From Vulcanimicrobiota bacterium (GTDB lineage Bacteria; Vulcanimicrobiota; Vulcanimicrobiia; Vulcanimicrobiales; Vulcanimicrobiaceae), in NCBI GenBank assembly GCA_963777315.1, contig CAVZQC010000004.1:384001-448000 (forward strand): a stretch of DNA of 64,000 bases, in the 5' to 3' direction. Positions 53,319-61,926 of this stretch are shown here, in pieces. The position numbers were made by a program, and so were the translations under genes. The notes under the pieces are model-generated. The model had not been told where the DNA came from. It saw only the letters and a list, made by a program, of their open reading frames with translations, and searched no databases. The first letter of the stretch is position 1. The number at the start of each line of letters is the position of its first letter.

Positions 53319-54061
53319 TTGCACTGGATGCCGCCTTGGAATTTTGGATTAACGACCGCTCGCAGGAGAGCCGCGACCGCCTCATCGCGCAATACGGCTA
53401 TTTGCGTGCGCGTGCCGCCCGTAAATTTCAACGCCCCGGCCTGGAGCGCGCCGACCTCGAGCAAATCGCGGCAATCGGCTTGATCAAAGCGTGCGACCGC
53501 TACGATCCTCGATTGCGCACGCCGTTTGAAGCGTTCGCGTGGTTATTCATCATCGGGGAGCTCATGCACTACGTGCGCGATTACGAGCGCCTGGTTCGAC
53601 CGCCGCGGCGCCTACGCCAACTCCAACGCCGAACGCAAGACGCGGCGGACGCGCTGATCTGCGAACTGGGCCGCGAACCGTCCCCGAACGAAGTCACTCG
53701 GCGTGCCGGCGTGAGCCTGATCCAACTCGATGAAATAACGTTGTATCGCGAACAGGCCACTCCACAGTCGATCGATACCCTTCAACCGCATCAGATGCGG
53801 CCCTGCAGCTACACGCTGGACCACCGCGACGATCGGATGGCGCTGGAAGCGGCGCTGGCTCTTTTGACGCAAACCGAACGTACGATCGTATTGGGTTTGT
53901 ATTCTGCGGGATTCACTCTTTCGGAAGTGGCCGAGCGCATGGGATACTCCCGTCGCCACGTTTCGCGTCTGCATCGCGCAGCGCTCAAAAAAATGCACGC
54001 TCGTCTGAGTCCGGCGCAACGCGCGGGCGGGCACTTTCCCTCATGCGAAACGCTTTCGTAG
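53315..54061 (+). CDS. SigB/SigF-like group 3 sigma factor
   Basis: DLEQIAAIGLIKACDRYDP (region 2), GELMHYVRD..RPPR, ELGREPS (region 3) and EVAERMGYSRRHVSRL (region 4). Confidence 0.9.
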   Translation: MIALDAALEFWINDRSQESRDRLIAQYGYLRARAARKFQRPGLERADLEQIAAIGLIKACDRYDPRLRTPFEAFAWLFIIGELMHYVRDYERLVRPPRRLRQLQRRTQDAADALICELGREPSPNEVTRRAGVSLIQLDEITLYREQATPQSIDTLQPHQMRPCSYTLDHRDDRMALEAALALLTQTERTIVLGLYSAGFTLSEVAERMGYSRRHVSRLHRAALKKMHARLSPAQRAGGHFPSCETLS

Positions 54062-54073
54062 GAGACACATCAG

Positions 54074-54520
54074 ATGAAGCATCAACGCGGGTTCACCCTT
54101 TTGGAAATGATGATCGTCGTGGCGATCATTGCGATTTTGGCCGGCGTGCTCATACCCAATTTCACTCGAGCGCGCGCGCAGGCTGCGACCTCGGCGTGCA
54201 TGGCGAACGAAAAGGCAATTGCCACGGCTTTGGAACTGTACTTCACGGATCATCAGAGCTATCCGGCCGGCGGTTCGGTCAACTCGGCGTTCGTGACGAC
54301 GATGAACGGCTACATGAATCAGATTCCCGTCGATCCGGCCGCAGGCTCGGGAAAATATTACGCCTACACCACGTCCACCACAGGGGGCGTCACGACGTAT
54401 TCGATTACCTGCCCGGGAGCGCACGATCCGAATACCCTGATGAACCTTACGGGCGGCGCGGCGACGACGGATACGAAGATCCAATACGACAACCAAAACG
54501 GCTTTAGCACCAGCCCATAG
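54074..54520 (+). CDS. type IV pilin
   Basis: Class III signal QRG|FTLLEMMIVVAIIAIL; two cysteines; AGGAG SD. Confidence 0.92.
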   Translation: MKHQRGFTLLEMMIVVAIIAILAGVLIPNFTRARAQAATSACMANEKAIATALELYFTDHQSYPAGGSVNSAFVTTMNGYMNQIPVDPAAGSGKYYAYTTSTTGGVTTYSITCPGAHDPNTLMNLTGGAATTDTKIQYDNQNGFSTSP

Positions 54521-54522
54521 GT

Positions 54523-55182
54523 ATGTTCGATCCGATTACCCAAGGGCTGGCCGCGGCAAGCTCTCAAACTCCGTTCGCCTTCCCGCTGGCGTTCGCAGCG
54601 GGCGCTGCGACGTGCCTGGGTCCGTGCGTCGCGCCGCGTTTCATCGCAGCGGCGGGACTGGCGGCGAATCGATCGCGCCGCGACGGTGCGCTTGCGATCG
54701 CGTCGTTCGTTGCCGGACTAGTCACGTCGTACGCGTCTTTCGGCGTCCTCGCGCATGCACTCGAGCGTTTGGGCGCGCTGTCCGGCTGGGTGTACGGCAT
54801 CGTCGCCGCGTGTCTTGCGTATGCCGGCGTGCGCGAATTATGGCAAGACGAGAAGCTCTGCGCACACGCCGAGAGGGTTGGTTCGCGCGGCGCAGGCCAA
54901 GCATATTTCCTCGGCGCGTCCTTCGCGCTGGTCGTGTCGCCGTGCTGCGCGCCAATGCTGTTGGGGATCGTGACGTATTCGGCAGCGGCCGGTAATTCCG
55001 GCTATGCCGGCGCACTGCTCGCGTGCTTTGCCCTGGGGCATGCGCTGCCGGTATTCTGCGTGGCCGCCGGCGCCGGCGGCGTTGGGGCGGTGCTGCGCCG
55101 CTATGCGCTGCGACAGGCTGCCGGCGTGGTGAGCGCGACGCTCATGCTCGCATTGGCGGGATATTACGCGGTGCTCGCATGA
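54523..55182 (+). CDS. CcdA/DsbD-beta-like membrane thiol-disulfide transfer protein
   Basis: About 6 TM helices with two PC motifs (LGPCVAP and VSPCCAP). Confidence 0.8.
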   Translation: MFDPITQGLAAASSQTPFAFPLAFAAGAATCLGPCVAPRFIAAAGLAANRSRRDGALAIASFVAGLVTSYASFGVLAHALERLGALSGWVYGIVAACLAYAGVRELWQDEKLCAHAERVGSRGAGQAYFLGASFALVVSPCCAPMLLGIVTYSAAAGNSGYAGALLACFALGHALPVFCVAAGAGGVGAVLRRYALRQAAGVVSATLMLALAGYYAVLA

Positions 55183-55718
55183 CGCAGTGCATTTCACGCC
55201 GGCGGCGGTTTGCGGTGGCCGGATGCGCGCTCGTCCTTGCGGGTACCGTATTCCGGTGCCAGATAGCGCAGGCATTAGTGGTGCGCGGCGACGATTTTCT
55301 GTACCGCGGCCGCAGCGCGGCAGCTCTATCGCGTTATGCGCGGGCGCTTGCTCTCGATCCGGATCTCGGCACTGCAGCCGACCACTACGTGTTCGTGTCG
55401 ATGGAACGCCATACCGCCCCGGCGCTACGCTCGAGCATCGTGGCGGCTGATGCATATTTGGCGCGCCATCCGGCGGATTCGACGGTGTTGGCCGATCGCG
55501 CGCTGTGCCGTTTGCTCGAGAAACGCTACGGTGCGGCTCGCCGCGACTTCGAAGCTGCAGGCCGCGCTTCACAAGACCCGCGCGAATACGTTTTCGGCGG
55601 GTGGGCCGCCGAGCGTTCCGGCGATGCCGTAACCGCTCGCCGGTTGTGGAGGACGGCGCTTGCGCTCGATGCGCACTACCGGCCCGCCATGCTGGCTCTG
55701 AAAGAAGCGGCCAGATGA
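55179..55718 (+). CDS. membrane-anchored TPR-like protein
   Basis: N-terminal hydrophobic segment; YARALALDP and LWRTALALD helical repeats; ATGA overlaps at both ends. Confidence 0.68.
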   Translation: MTQCISRRRRFAVAGCALVLAGTVFRCQIAQALVVRGDDFLYRGRSAAALSRYARALALDPDLGTAADHYVFVSMERHTAPALRSSIVAADAYLARHPADSTVLADRALCRLLEKRYGAARRDFEAAGRASQDPREYVFGGWAAERSGDAVTARRLWRTALALDAHYRPAMLALKEAAR

Positions 55719-56332
55719 CGGACACGGCATGGCTTGCGGCACTCGCGGCATGCGTCAACGTCGCGGCGTGTGCGATTGCCGCGCGCGTTGCGCGCACAGC
55801 CGGTCTCAAACTGTGCTTTGGGACCACATACGGCGTATCCGTGCTGACGGCCGCAATGCTTTGTCAAGGGTTCGTCGCGTGGCGCATAGAGAATCACGCG
55901 GCGGCCATTGCAACGATCGTTGCGATCGCTGCGGTTGCGGCGAGCGCCGTCACCGATGCGCAGACCGGCTACGTTTTCGATGCGCTTACGTTCCCATGCG
56001 TTGCGATCGTTTTGGTCGTTTCGTGGTTCGAGCATGCGGGCGGTCCGGCGTTGATCGGAATGGCGGCGACAGGCGGCGCGCTGGCGTTGCTGTACTGCGC
56101 GACGCTCGGACGCGGCCTGGGTTTGGGCGACGTGAAGTTGGCCTGCTGCATCGGTGCGGCATTGGGGGCGGCGAGCGGTCTTGCGGCCCTCGGAGCGGCG
56201 TTCGTTCTGGGAGGCGTATACGCGGGGTGGCTGCTCCTTGCGCGCCGCGGCCGGCGCGGCGACGCTATTGCGTTTGCCCCGTACCTCTCGTACGGGATGG
56301 CGATCGTCGTACTGTACGGAGCCGTATCGTGA
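55715..56332 (+). CDS. A24 prepilin peptidase (short form)
   Basis: TDAQTG and GLGLGDVKL catalytic aspartates; IAFAPYL. Confidence 0.88.
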   Translation: MTDTAWLAALAACVNVAACAIAARVARTAGLKLCFGTTYGVSVLTAAMLCQGFVAWRIENHAAAIATIVAIAAVAASAVTDAQTGYVFDALTFPCVAIVLVVSWFEHAGGPALIGMAATGGALALLYCATLGRGLGLGDVKLACCIGAALGAASGLAALGAAFVLGGVYAGWLLLARRGRRGDAIAFAPYLSYGMAIVVLYGAVS

Positions 56333-57294
56333 AACCGGCTACGCTCCCATTGGGGATCGATATTGGAGCGACCCGGATCCGGGTAGCGCAAGCACACGCG
56401 ACGGCGCACGGTGCGCAACTTACCGCGGTAGCGGTTCGCGATCTTTGTGCGGGAGCGGCTTCGTCGGGATCGCTCGCGGAGCCTGAATACGTCGCTGCCG
56501 TGCTCGAGGACGCGGTATCCGAACTAGGAACGCGCGAGAGGCGGTGCATAGCCAGCGTCGGCGAGCCGGACGCTCTGCTGCGTGCTATGAGCTTTCCGAA
56601 AATGAGCGCGCTGGAACGCGAACGCTGTGGGCGATATGAGGCGCGGCGGCACGTCGATTTTCCGCCTGCCGAAGCGACGGTACAGATTCATCCCTTGGAT
56701 CCGGCAAACGCGGTGTGGGCGCTAGGCATCGCGCGCAGCGCCGTACTGGAATCGCGCATTGCTGCACTGCGAGCAGCCAAGCTGAAACCGGCGGCGATCG
56801 ACCACGAGGCCTGCGCACTGCTCAGAGCGCTGCCGGAATTCGATGCAGTCATCGACGTAGGCTACCAGCGCGCCAGCATGCACGTGCGCACGAAGCAAAC
56901 GCCGCAGACGCTGCAGACGTTCACCGGAGGTTGCGACGTTACTCGCGCCATCGAACGCGATCTTTCCGTGGACGAACATACTGCCGAGAAACGCAAACGG
57001 ATCCTCGGAACTGCAGGCGCGGGCGAAGGAGCGAGATCCGCGTTGGTTGCCGACATCGCCGGCTGCGTGGGAAGTTTATGCAAAGCGCATGAGATCGAAC
57101 GCATCGCACTAACCGGAAATGGCGCGCGTCTGCCGGGCTTTCCAGCGGAACTCGAAGCGGCTACGGGCCTGCCGTGCGAGCTTGCGGTTGGCCAAGCATT
57201 GCGCAGCGACAGGTATCCCGAGGACGTAGTGCGGTCGAGTGCACCGGATTGGACGCTCGCAGCAGGTTTGGCGTTGTGGAGGAGCAGCAGTTGA
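56329..57294 (+). CDS. pilM: PilM-like actin-fold pilus protein
   Basis: LGIDIGATRI, IDVG, AEKRK, LTGNGARLPG and AAGLAL. Confidence 0.82.
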   Translation: MKPATLPLGIDIGATRIRVAQAHATAHGAQLTAVAVRDLCAGAASSGSLAEPEYVAAVLEDAVSELGTRERRCIASVGEPDALLRAMSFPKMSALERERCGRYEARRHVDFPPAEATVQIHPLDPANAVWALGIARSAVLESRIAALRAAKLKPAAIDHEACALLRALPEFDAVIDVGYQRASMHVRTKQTPQTLQTFTGGCDVTRAIERDLSVDEHTAEKRKRILGTAGAGEGARSALVADIAGCVGSLCKAHEIERIALTGNGARLPGFPAELEAATGLPCELAVGQALRSDRYPEDVVRSSAPDWTLAAGLALWRSSS

Positions 57295-57851
57295 TGTCGT
57301 TCGACTACCTTCGATCGGCTCGAGCCGACTGGATCCGGCGCGTTATGGACCTGCGCGTTCCGCCGCGTCTTCACGCAGCGCTGCTTGCGCTCGCAACCGC
57401 CGCAGCACTGGCCGGCAGCGTTTGGGTGGTCGAAGGCTGCAGGCTCGCCGGCGCACGCCGAATGGAAGCCGCATACAGCGTACGCTTTACGGAAAGCGAG
57501 CGGGCAGTACGAAGGTCCAACGTCTACTACGCGCGAGTGAATGCGCTCGTGGCGCTAGACGCGCGCGTGCAAAACATCGTGGATTCCGGCAATCGCGACG
57601 CACGGCGGCTGGCCGAGATCGCGAACAATCTTCCGCCTCATGCATGGCTTGCGTCGATAGCGCGCGACGACCGCGGCGTAACGCTGGAGGGACGCGCACG
57701 CGATCTTCGCGTGCTCGGCGGCGTGCTTAGCGCGTTCGCCCGCGGGCGCAGGGTGCGCAACGCGTCTTTAGTGAACGCACACGAAGTCTTGGACCGAGGC
57801 GGTGCGCCGGTCGTCAATTACACCGTGCACGCGGACGCTGCGCCGCAATGA
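57294..57851 (+). CDS. pilN: PilN-like protein
   Basis: TM helix, coiled coil and LP..AWLASI..VTLEGRA; follows pilM. Confidence 0.75.
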   Translation: MSFDYLRSARADWIRRVMDLRVPPRLHAALLALATAAALAGSVWVVEGCRLAGARRMEAAYSVRFTESERAVRRSNVYYARVNALVALDARVQNIVDSGNRDARRLAEIANNLPPHAWLASIARDDRGVTLEGRARDLRVLGGVLSAFARGRRVRNASLVNAHEVLDRGGAPVVNYTVHADAAPQ

Positions 57852-58471
57852 ACCTTCGATTCCGCGCAGGCGACGACGTCCGGCTTGTCTGGTTTTTGGC
57901 GATCGTCGCAGCAATCGCCGGCCCCTTCAGCGTTGGGTCCCGGTACGAGCCGGCCATTTCGGCATCGCGCGAGAGCGCCTCGTCGTTCTCGCGCAGAACC
58001 GCCGCCAACGAGCGGATTGTCGCGCAGGCAGCGGCATTTGGGCGCGCACAAGCTGCAGCGGCGCGCGACCTGCAGCGAATCTCGCACGAGACGTCGCTGT
58101 CCATAAGCACTGCGGAGCTGGTTGCGACGTTGGATCGCTCGGCCGCGGCCTTTCACGTACGAATTCCCTCAATCGAACCGGCCGCCGCAACGCCTGCTGT
58201 TACCGGCGCGCCGCCCGCCGTAGAAGACCATGCGCTTGAGGGTACCGCAATGACGATACGAGTCCGCGGCCGGTTTGACGACGTACTGCGTTTTATACAG
58301 GCGCTCTCCCACAACCGTACGCTCATTGGGGTATCGGATACGCAGCTCGCACTCGCGAGCGGCCCAATCGACGCGCGATTCCCGGTGCTGGACACGACGA
58401 TCCATGCCACTCTGTACCGCTTGCGCCTGCCGCTTACCGGCAAGGAGGATCACGTTGCGGCCAATCCATGA
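57848..58471 (+). CDS. pilO: PilO-like protein
   Basis: TM helix, coiled coil and VRGRFDDVLRFIQAL; position in the operon. Confidence 0.72.
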   Translation: MNLRFRAGDDVRLVWFLAIVAAIAGPFSVGSRYEPAISASRESASSFSRRTAANERIVAQAAAFGRAQAAAARDLQRISHETSLSISTAELVATLDRSAAAFHVRIPSIEPAAATPAVTGAPPAVEDHALEGTAMTIRVRGRFDDVLRFIQALSHNRTLIGVSDTQLALASGPIDARFPVLDTTIHATLYRLRLPLTGKEDHVAANP

Positions 58472-59003
58472 TGTGCAGCGCCGCCGGCTGCTCGCGCTTT
58501 CGGCGATGTTCTGCTCGCTACCGATAGTTCTCGCTCCCCTCGCGGCGCAATCTTCGTTCGAACTTCCAACCGAACGTTCAGCTTTCGATGCGCGCATCAC
58601 TGTGCCGGTACCACCGCGCCCGGCCGGCACCAAGCCGGTGGTGGCCGCGCGCGATCCTTTCGTACCCGACGCTGGCGCGCAGGCGCAGATTGCGCGCGTA
58701 CCGGTACCGGCTGCGGAGCCAATCTCCGGCATGCGCGTCGAACAAGGTCAACCGCTCGGTTTTGCTCTGCCCGCGAACGCAGGCGCATTGGGTTCGCCGC
58801 CCGCGGGCGAAGTTTCGGGCCTTCTTGCCGTTCGCGCCATCGTCAAAGGCGCATCGGCCCGCGCGCTCGTTGACGAAGGAGGGGCGGTTCGGGTCATAGC
58901 GGTGGGCGACGCGCTCGGCGGATCGATCGTAACGGCCATCGACGCGTCGCGAATCCGGCTCAAAAACGCACGAGTTCTCGTGCTCGAACAGGAGGGTTTG
59001 TAA
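58455..59003 (+). CDS. PilP-position accessory protein
   Basis: RDPF motif and C-terminal ALV..VRVIAVGD.LGG..V beta domain; AAGGAGG SD before TTG. Confidence 0.62.
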   Translation: MRPIHDVQRRRLLALSAMFCSLPIVLAPLAAQSSFELPTERSAFDARITVPVPPRPAGTKPVVAARDPFVPDAGAQAQIARVPVPAAEPISGMRVEQGQPLGFALPANAGALGSPPAGEVSGLLAVRAIVKGASARALVDEGGAVRVIAVGDALGGSIVTAIDASRIRLKNARVLVLEQEGL

Positions 59004-60382
59004 TGCGCGCGATCTTGGCGCTTGTCCTGACGCTGGCCGTCTGCATTCCGGCGTACGCACGCGGAGAGCGTATCAGCATCGACGTGCACGACGCCGATTT
59101 GGGCGACGTCATCGGGCTGCTGGCCGCGGAATCCGGCGCAAACATCGTCGCCGACTCGTCGGTCAAGCCGGAAAAAGTGACGCTTCATCTGCGCGGCGTG
59201 ACGTTCGAGGATGCCCTTACCGTTCTGGTCCAGTCGCACGATCTGCAGGTGCGCAGGCAAAACGGCGTCATCATCGTCGGCACCAGCGAGTCGATGAACC
59301 GACGCTACGGCAATCAAAACGATGCCCGCAGCGCCAAGACGGTGGTTTTGGCCCTCGCGCACGCCACTCCGGACGACGTTGCCAAAGAATTGACGGCGGG
59401 TTTGCCTGAAGGCACGGTAATCGTGCCCGACAAGCGCACGCAGAGCGTGATCGTCACCGGCAATAGCGATACGGTCGCCCGTGCGAAGACGCTGGCCGGG
59501 GCACTCGACGCGCCCGAATATGCGGGCAACGACGGGAACCTGGCCCATGTGTATCCCTTGCGGTACGTCAAGCCGGCCCAGGTCGTCGCCGATCTCAAAG
59601 GCGTACTGCCCGATGGATCCTACGTTGCCGACGACGCGCAGAACGCGATCGTCGTCAGCGGAAACCAGGAAGTGCAGCATTCCGCCGATCAGTTCGTACG
59701 CAGCATCGACGTGCCCAGTCCGCAGGTGCTGTTCGAGGTGCGCGTCGCCGACATTCAACCCGAAAACACGCAGAGCGACGTCGGCATCGAATTCGGCGGT
59801 TACGATCTTTCAGGCCAGCCGATCAGCGGAGCAGCGACGTACGCTTTTGCGCGCAACTCAATTGCGATCAACGCGCGGCTGAACGCGCTGGTCAGCAACG
59901 GTCACGCGCAGATTTTGGCTACCCCCAAACTGGTCACGCTCAACAATAAGGAAGCGGACCTGCTCATCGGGCAAACCTATCCCGTAATCTACTACGATGC
60001 GCGTTTGGGCGGACAGCAAGTGCAGTTCGTCGACATCGGCGTGAAATTGCGTCTGACGCCGACGATCGGCGCCGACGGCAGCGTGACCGCCGAGATGCAT
60101 CCCGAATACAGCGCGATTCAGGCATTCGTCGGCGGCTATCCCGTGATCGCCAACCGAAAGGTGGATTCAACGCTGCGCGTGCGCGATAATCAAACGATCG
60201 TGCTGGGCGGGCTGCTGCGCGACATCGATTCACAGACCATCACCAAACTGCCCGGACTGGCCGACATTCCGATCCTCGGCAAGGTGTTTCAGAACCGCCA
60301 GCGCACGCGGGAACGTGACGAGGTCGTATTCCTCATCACGCCGCACGTGATTTATCCGGGCGGTCCGGTGCCCGATCGTTGA
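59003..60382 (+). CDS. pilQ: secretin (PilQ/GspD family)
   Basis: Signal peptide and N domains; PQVLFEV, LATPKLVTLNN, GVKLRLTP, LPGLADIPILGKVF and FLITP. Confidence 0.9.
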   Translation: MRAILALVLTLAVCIPAYARGERISIDVHDADLGDVIGLLAAESGANIVADSSVKPEKVTLHLRGVTFEDALTVLVQSHDLQVRRQNGVIIVGTSESMNRRYGNQNDARSAKTVVLALAHATPDDVAKELTAGLPEGTVIVPDKRTQSVIVTGNSDTVARAKTLAGALDAPEYAGNDGNLAHVYPLRYVKPAQVVADLKGVLPDGSYVADDAQNAIVVSGNQEVQHSADQFVRSIDVPSPQVLFEVRVADIQPENTQSDVGIEFGGYDLSGQPISGAATYAFARNSIAINARLNALVSNGHAQILATPKLVTLNNKEADLLIGQTYPVIYYDARLGGQQVQFVDIGVKLRLTPTIGADGSVTAEMHPEYSAIQAFVGGYPVIANRKVDSTLRVRDNQTIVLGGLLRDIDSQTITKLPGLADIPILGKVFQNRQRTRERDEVVFLITPHVIYPGGPVPDR

Positions 60383-60397
60383 GCCGCTACGGGCGCT

Positions 60398-60982
60398 TTA
60401 GACTTGGGTCGTTTGGCGCAGCTCTCCACGGGTGCGCGACGTTTCGAACAGGCGAATCATCGCCTCGTTGAACACCGGAATGTCGTCGGGCTTGCGGCTG
60501 GTGGTGAGGTTTTGATCCGTTACGCTGGGTTCATCGACCCAGTTGCCGCCCGCGTTGCGGATGTCGGTTTGCAGCGACGGCCACGACGTCATGCGCTTGC
60601 CCCGAACGGCGTCCACCTCAACAAGCGACCACGGTCCGTGACAGATTGCGGCAATCGGTTTGCCGGCGTCCACGAACGCCTTTACGAACTGCATTGCTTT
60701 TGGGTTCATTCGTAAACGGTCCGGATTGGCCACTCCGCCGGGCAGCAGCAACGCATCGTAGTCATCGGGCTTGGCTTGCTCCAGGTTCAGATCGACGGCG
60801 AAGGTATCGCCTTTCTCGTCGTGGTTCATGCCCTGAATGCGATCTTTTTGCGGTGAAACGAGGGCCGTGCGCGCACCTGCGTCTTCGAGCGCTTGGCGCG
60901 GCTGAGTCAACTCGGCTTGTTCGAACATGTTCTCGCAGAGTATTGCGACCTGCATGCCCTCTAAACGGTTCGTTGTAGTCAT
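60398..60982 (-). CDS. PfpI/DJ-1 family glutamine amidotransferase-like protein
   Basis: FEQAEL, LLLPGG, AAICHGPW and TSRKPDD. Confidence 0.92.
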   Translation of the reverse strand: MTTTNRLEGMQVAILCENMFEQAELTQPRQALEDAGARTALVSPQKDRIQGMNHDEKGDTFAVDLNLEQAKPDDYDALLLPGGVANPDRLRMNPKAMQFVKAFVDAGKPIAAICHGPWSLVEVDAVRGKRMTSWPSLQTDIRNAGGNWVDEPSVTDQNLTTSRKPDDIPVFNEAMIRLFETSRTRGELRQTTQV

Positions 60983-60991
60983 GCAGCACGA

Positions 60992-61016
60992 ATACCCTCG
61001 GATTGGGCGGCTAAAC
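60992..61016 (-). promoter_or_regulatory. SigB/SigF-type promoter of the PfpI gene
   Basis: GTTTA-N14-GGGTAT on the minus strand, 9 nt before the ATG. Confidence 0.65.
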
Positions 61017-61112
61017 GGCGTCGCCCGCGCTGGTGGTTGACGGCCTCTAGCTCGGTTAAGGACGACTGCAACCGGAGCGGGCGGCGTCACGGGTGCCGAT
61101 GAAGTAGACGCT

Positions 61113-61910
61113 ATGAACGGCGGGTCGATGCCGGTGCTGTTTTTCGGTCACGGCAATCCTATGAACGCGCTTTTGGACAACGCTTATACGCAGCAGTGGA
61201 GGGCGATCGGCCGCGATCTCCCCAAGCCTGCAGCGGTACTGGCCGTCTCGGCGCATTGGTACGTGGAACACACAGCCGTGACGGTTTCGTCCGCGCCCCG
61301 AACGATTCACGATTTCGGCGGTTTTCCGCGAGCGCTGTACGAGCTGGAGTATCCCGCGCCCGGCAGCGAACGGCTCGCACGGCGCGTGCGGGATTTGCTT
61401 GCGCCGAGCGTGGGCGTGGGTTTGGATGAAGACTGGGGGCTCGATCATGGGACGTGGTCGGTGCTCGTTCACGTTTTTCCGAGTGCCGACGTGCCGGTGG
61501 TGCAGTTGAGCGTCGACGAGACGCAGCCGCCGGCGTTCCACTACGAACTGGGCAAACGGCTGCAGCCGCTGCGCGACGAAGGCGTGCTGATCGTGGGAAG
61601 CGGCAACGTCGTTCACAATTTGCACGCCTTCGCATGGGGCGGCCACCCGGTGCAGCCGTTCGACTGGGCGCAGCGATTCGAGGGCCGCGTGCGCGAGCTG
61701 CTGATCGCGCACAACGATGCACCGCTGATCGATTACGAATCACTGGGGCGCGACGCGCTGCTTTCGGTGCCCACGCCGGATCACTACTTGCCGCTGCTGT
61801 ACGTGCTGGGCGCTCGGCGCGAGTCCGATACGGTTCGTTTTCCCGTCGAAGGAGTCGACGGCGGTTCGGTTTCGATGCTGGCGCTCGACCTGCGCGAGCT
61901 ACGTCCGTGA
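61113..61910 (+). CDS. ygiD: 4,5-DOPA dioxygenase extradiol (LigB family)
   Basis: GHGNPMN, SAHW, IHDFGGFP, GLDHGTW, GSGNVVHNL and PTPDHYLPL. Confidence 0.92.
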   Translation: MNGGSMPVLFFGHGNPMNALLDNAYTQQWRAIGRDLPKPAAVLAVSAHWYVEHTAVTVSSAPRTIHDFGGFPRALYELEYPAPGSERLARRVRDLLAPSVGVGLDEDWGLDHGTWSVLVHVFPSADVPVVQLSVDETQPPAFHYELGKRLQPLRDEGVLIVGSGNVVHNLHAFAWGGHPVQPFDWAQRFEGRVRELLIAHNDAPLIDYESLGRDALLSVPTPDHYLPLLYVLGARRESDTVRFPVEGVDGGSVSMLALDLRELRP

Positions 61911-61926
61911 AGGGACGAACGTCGAC

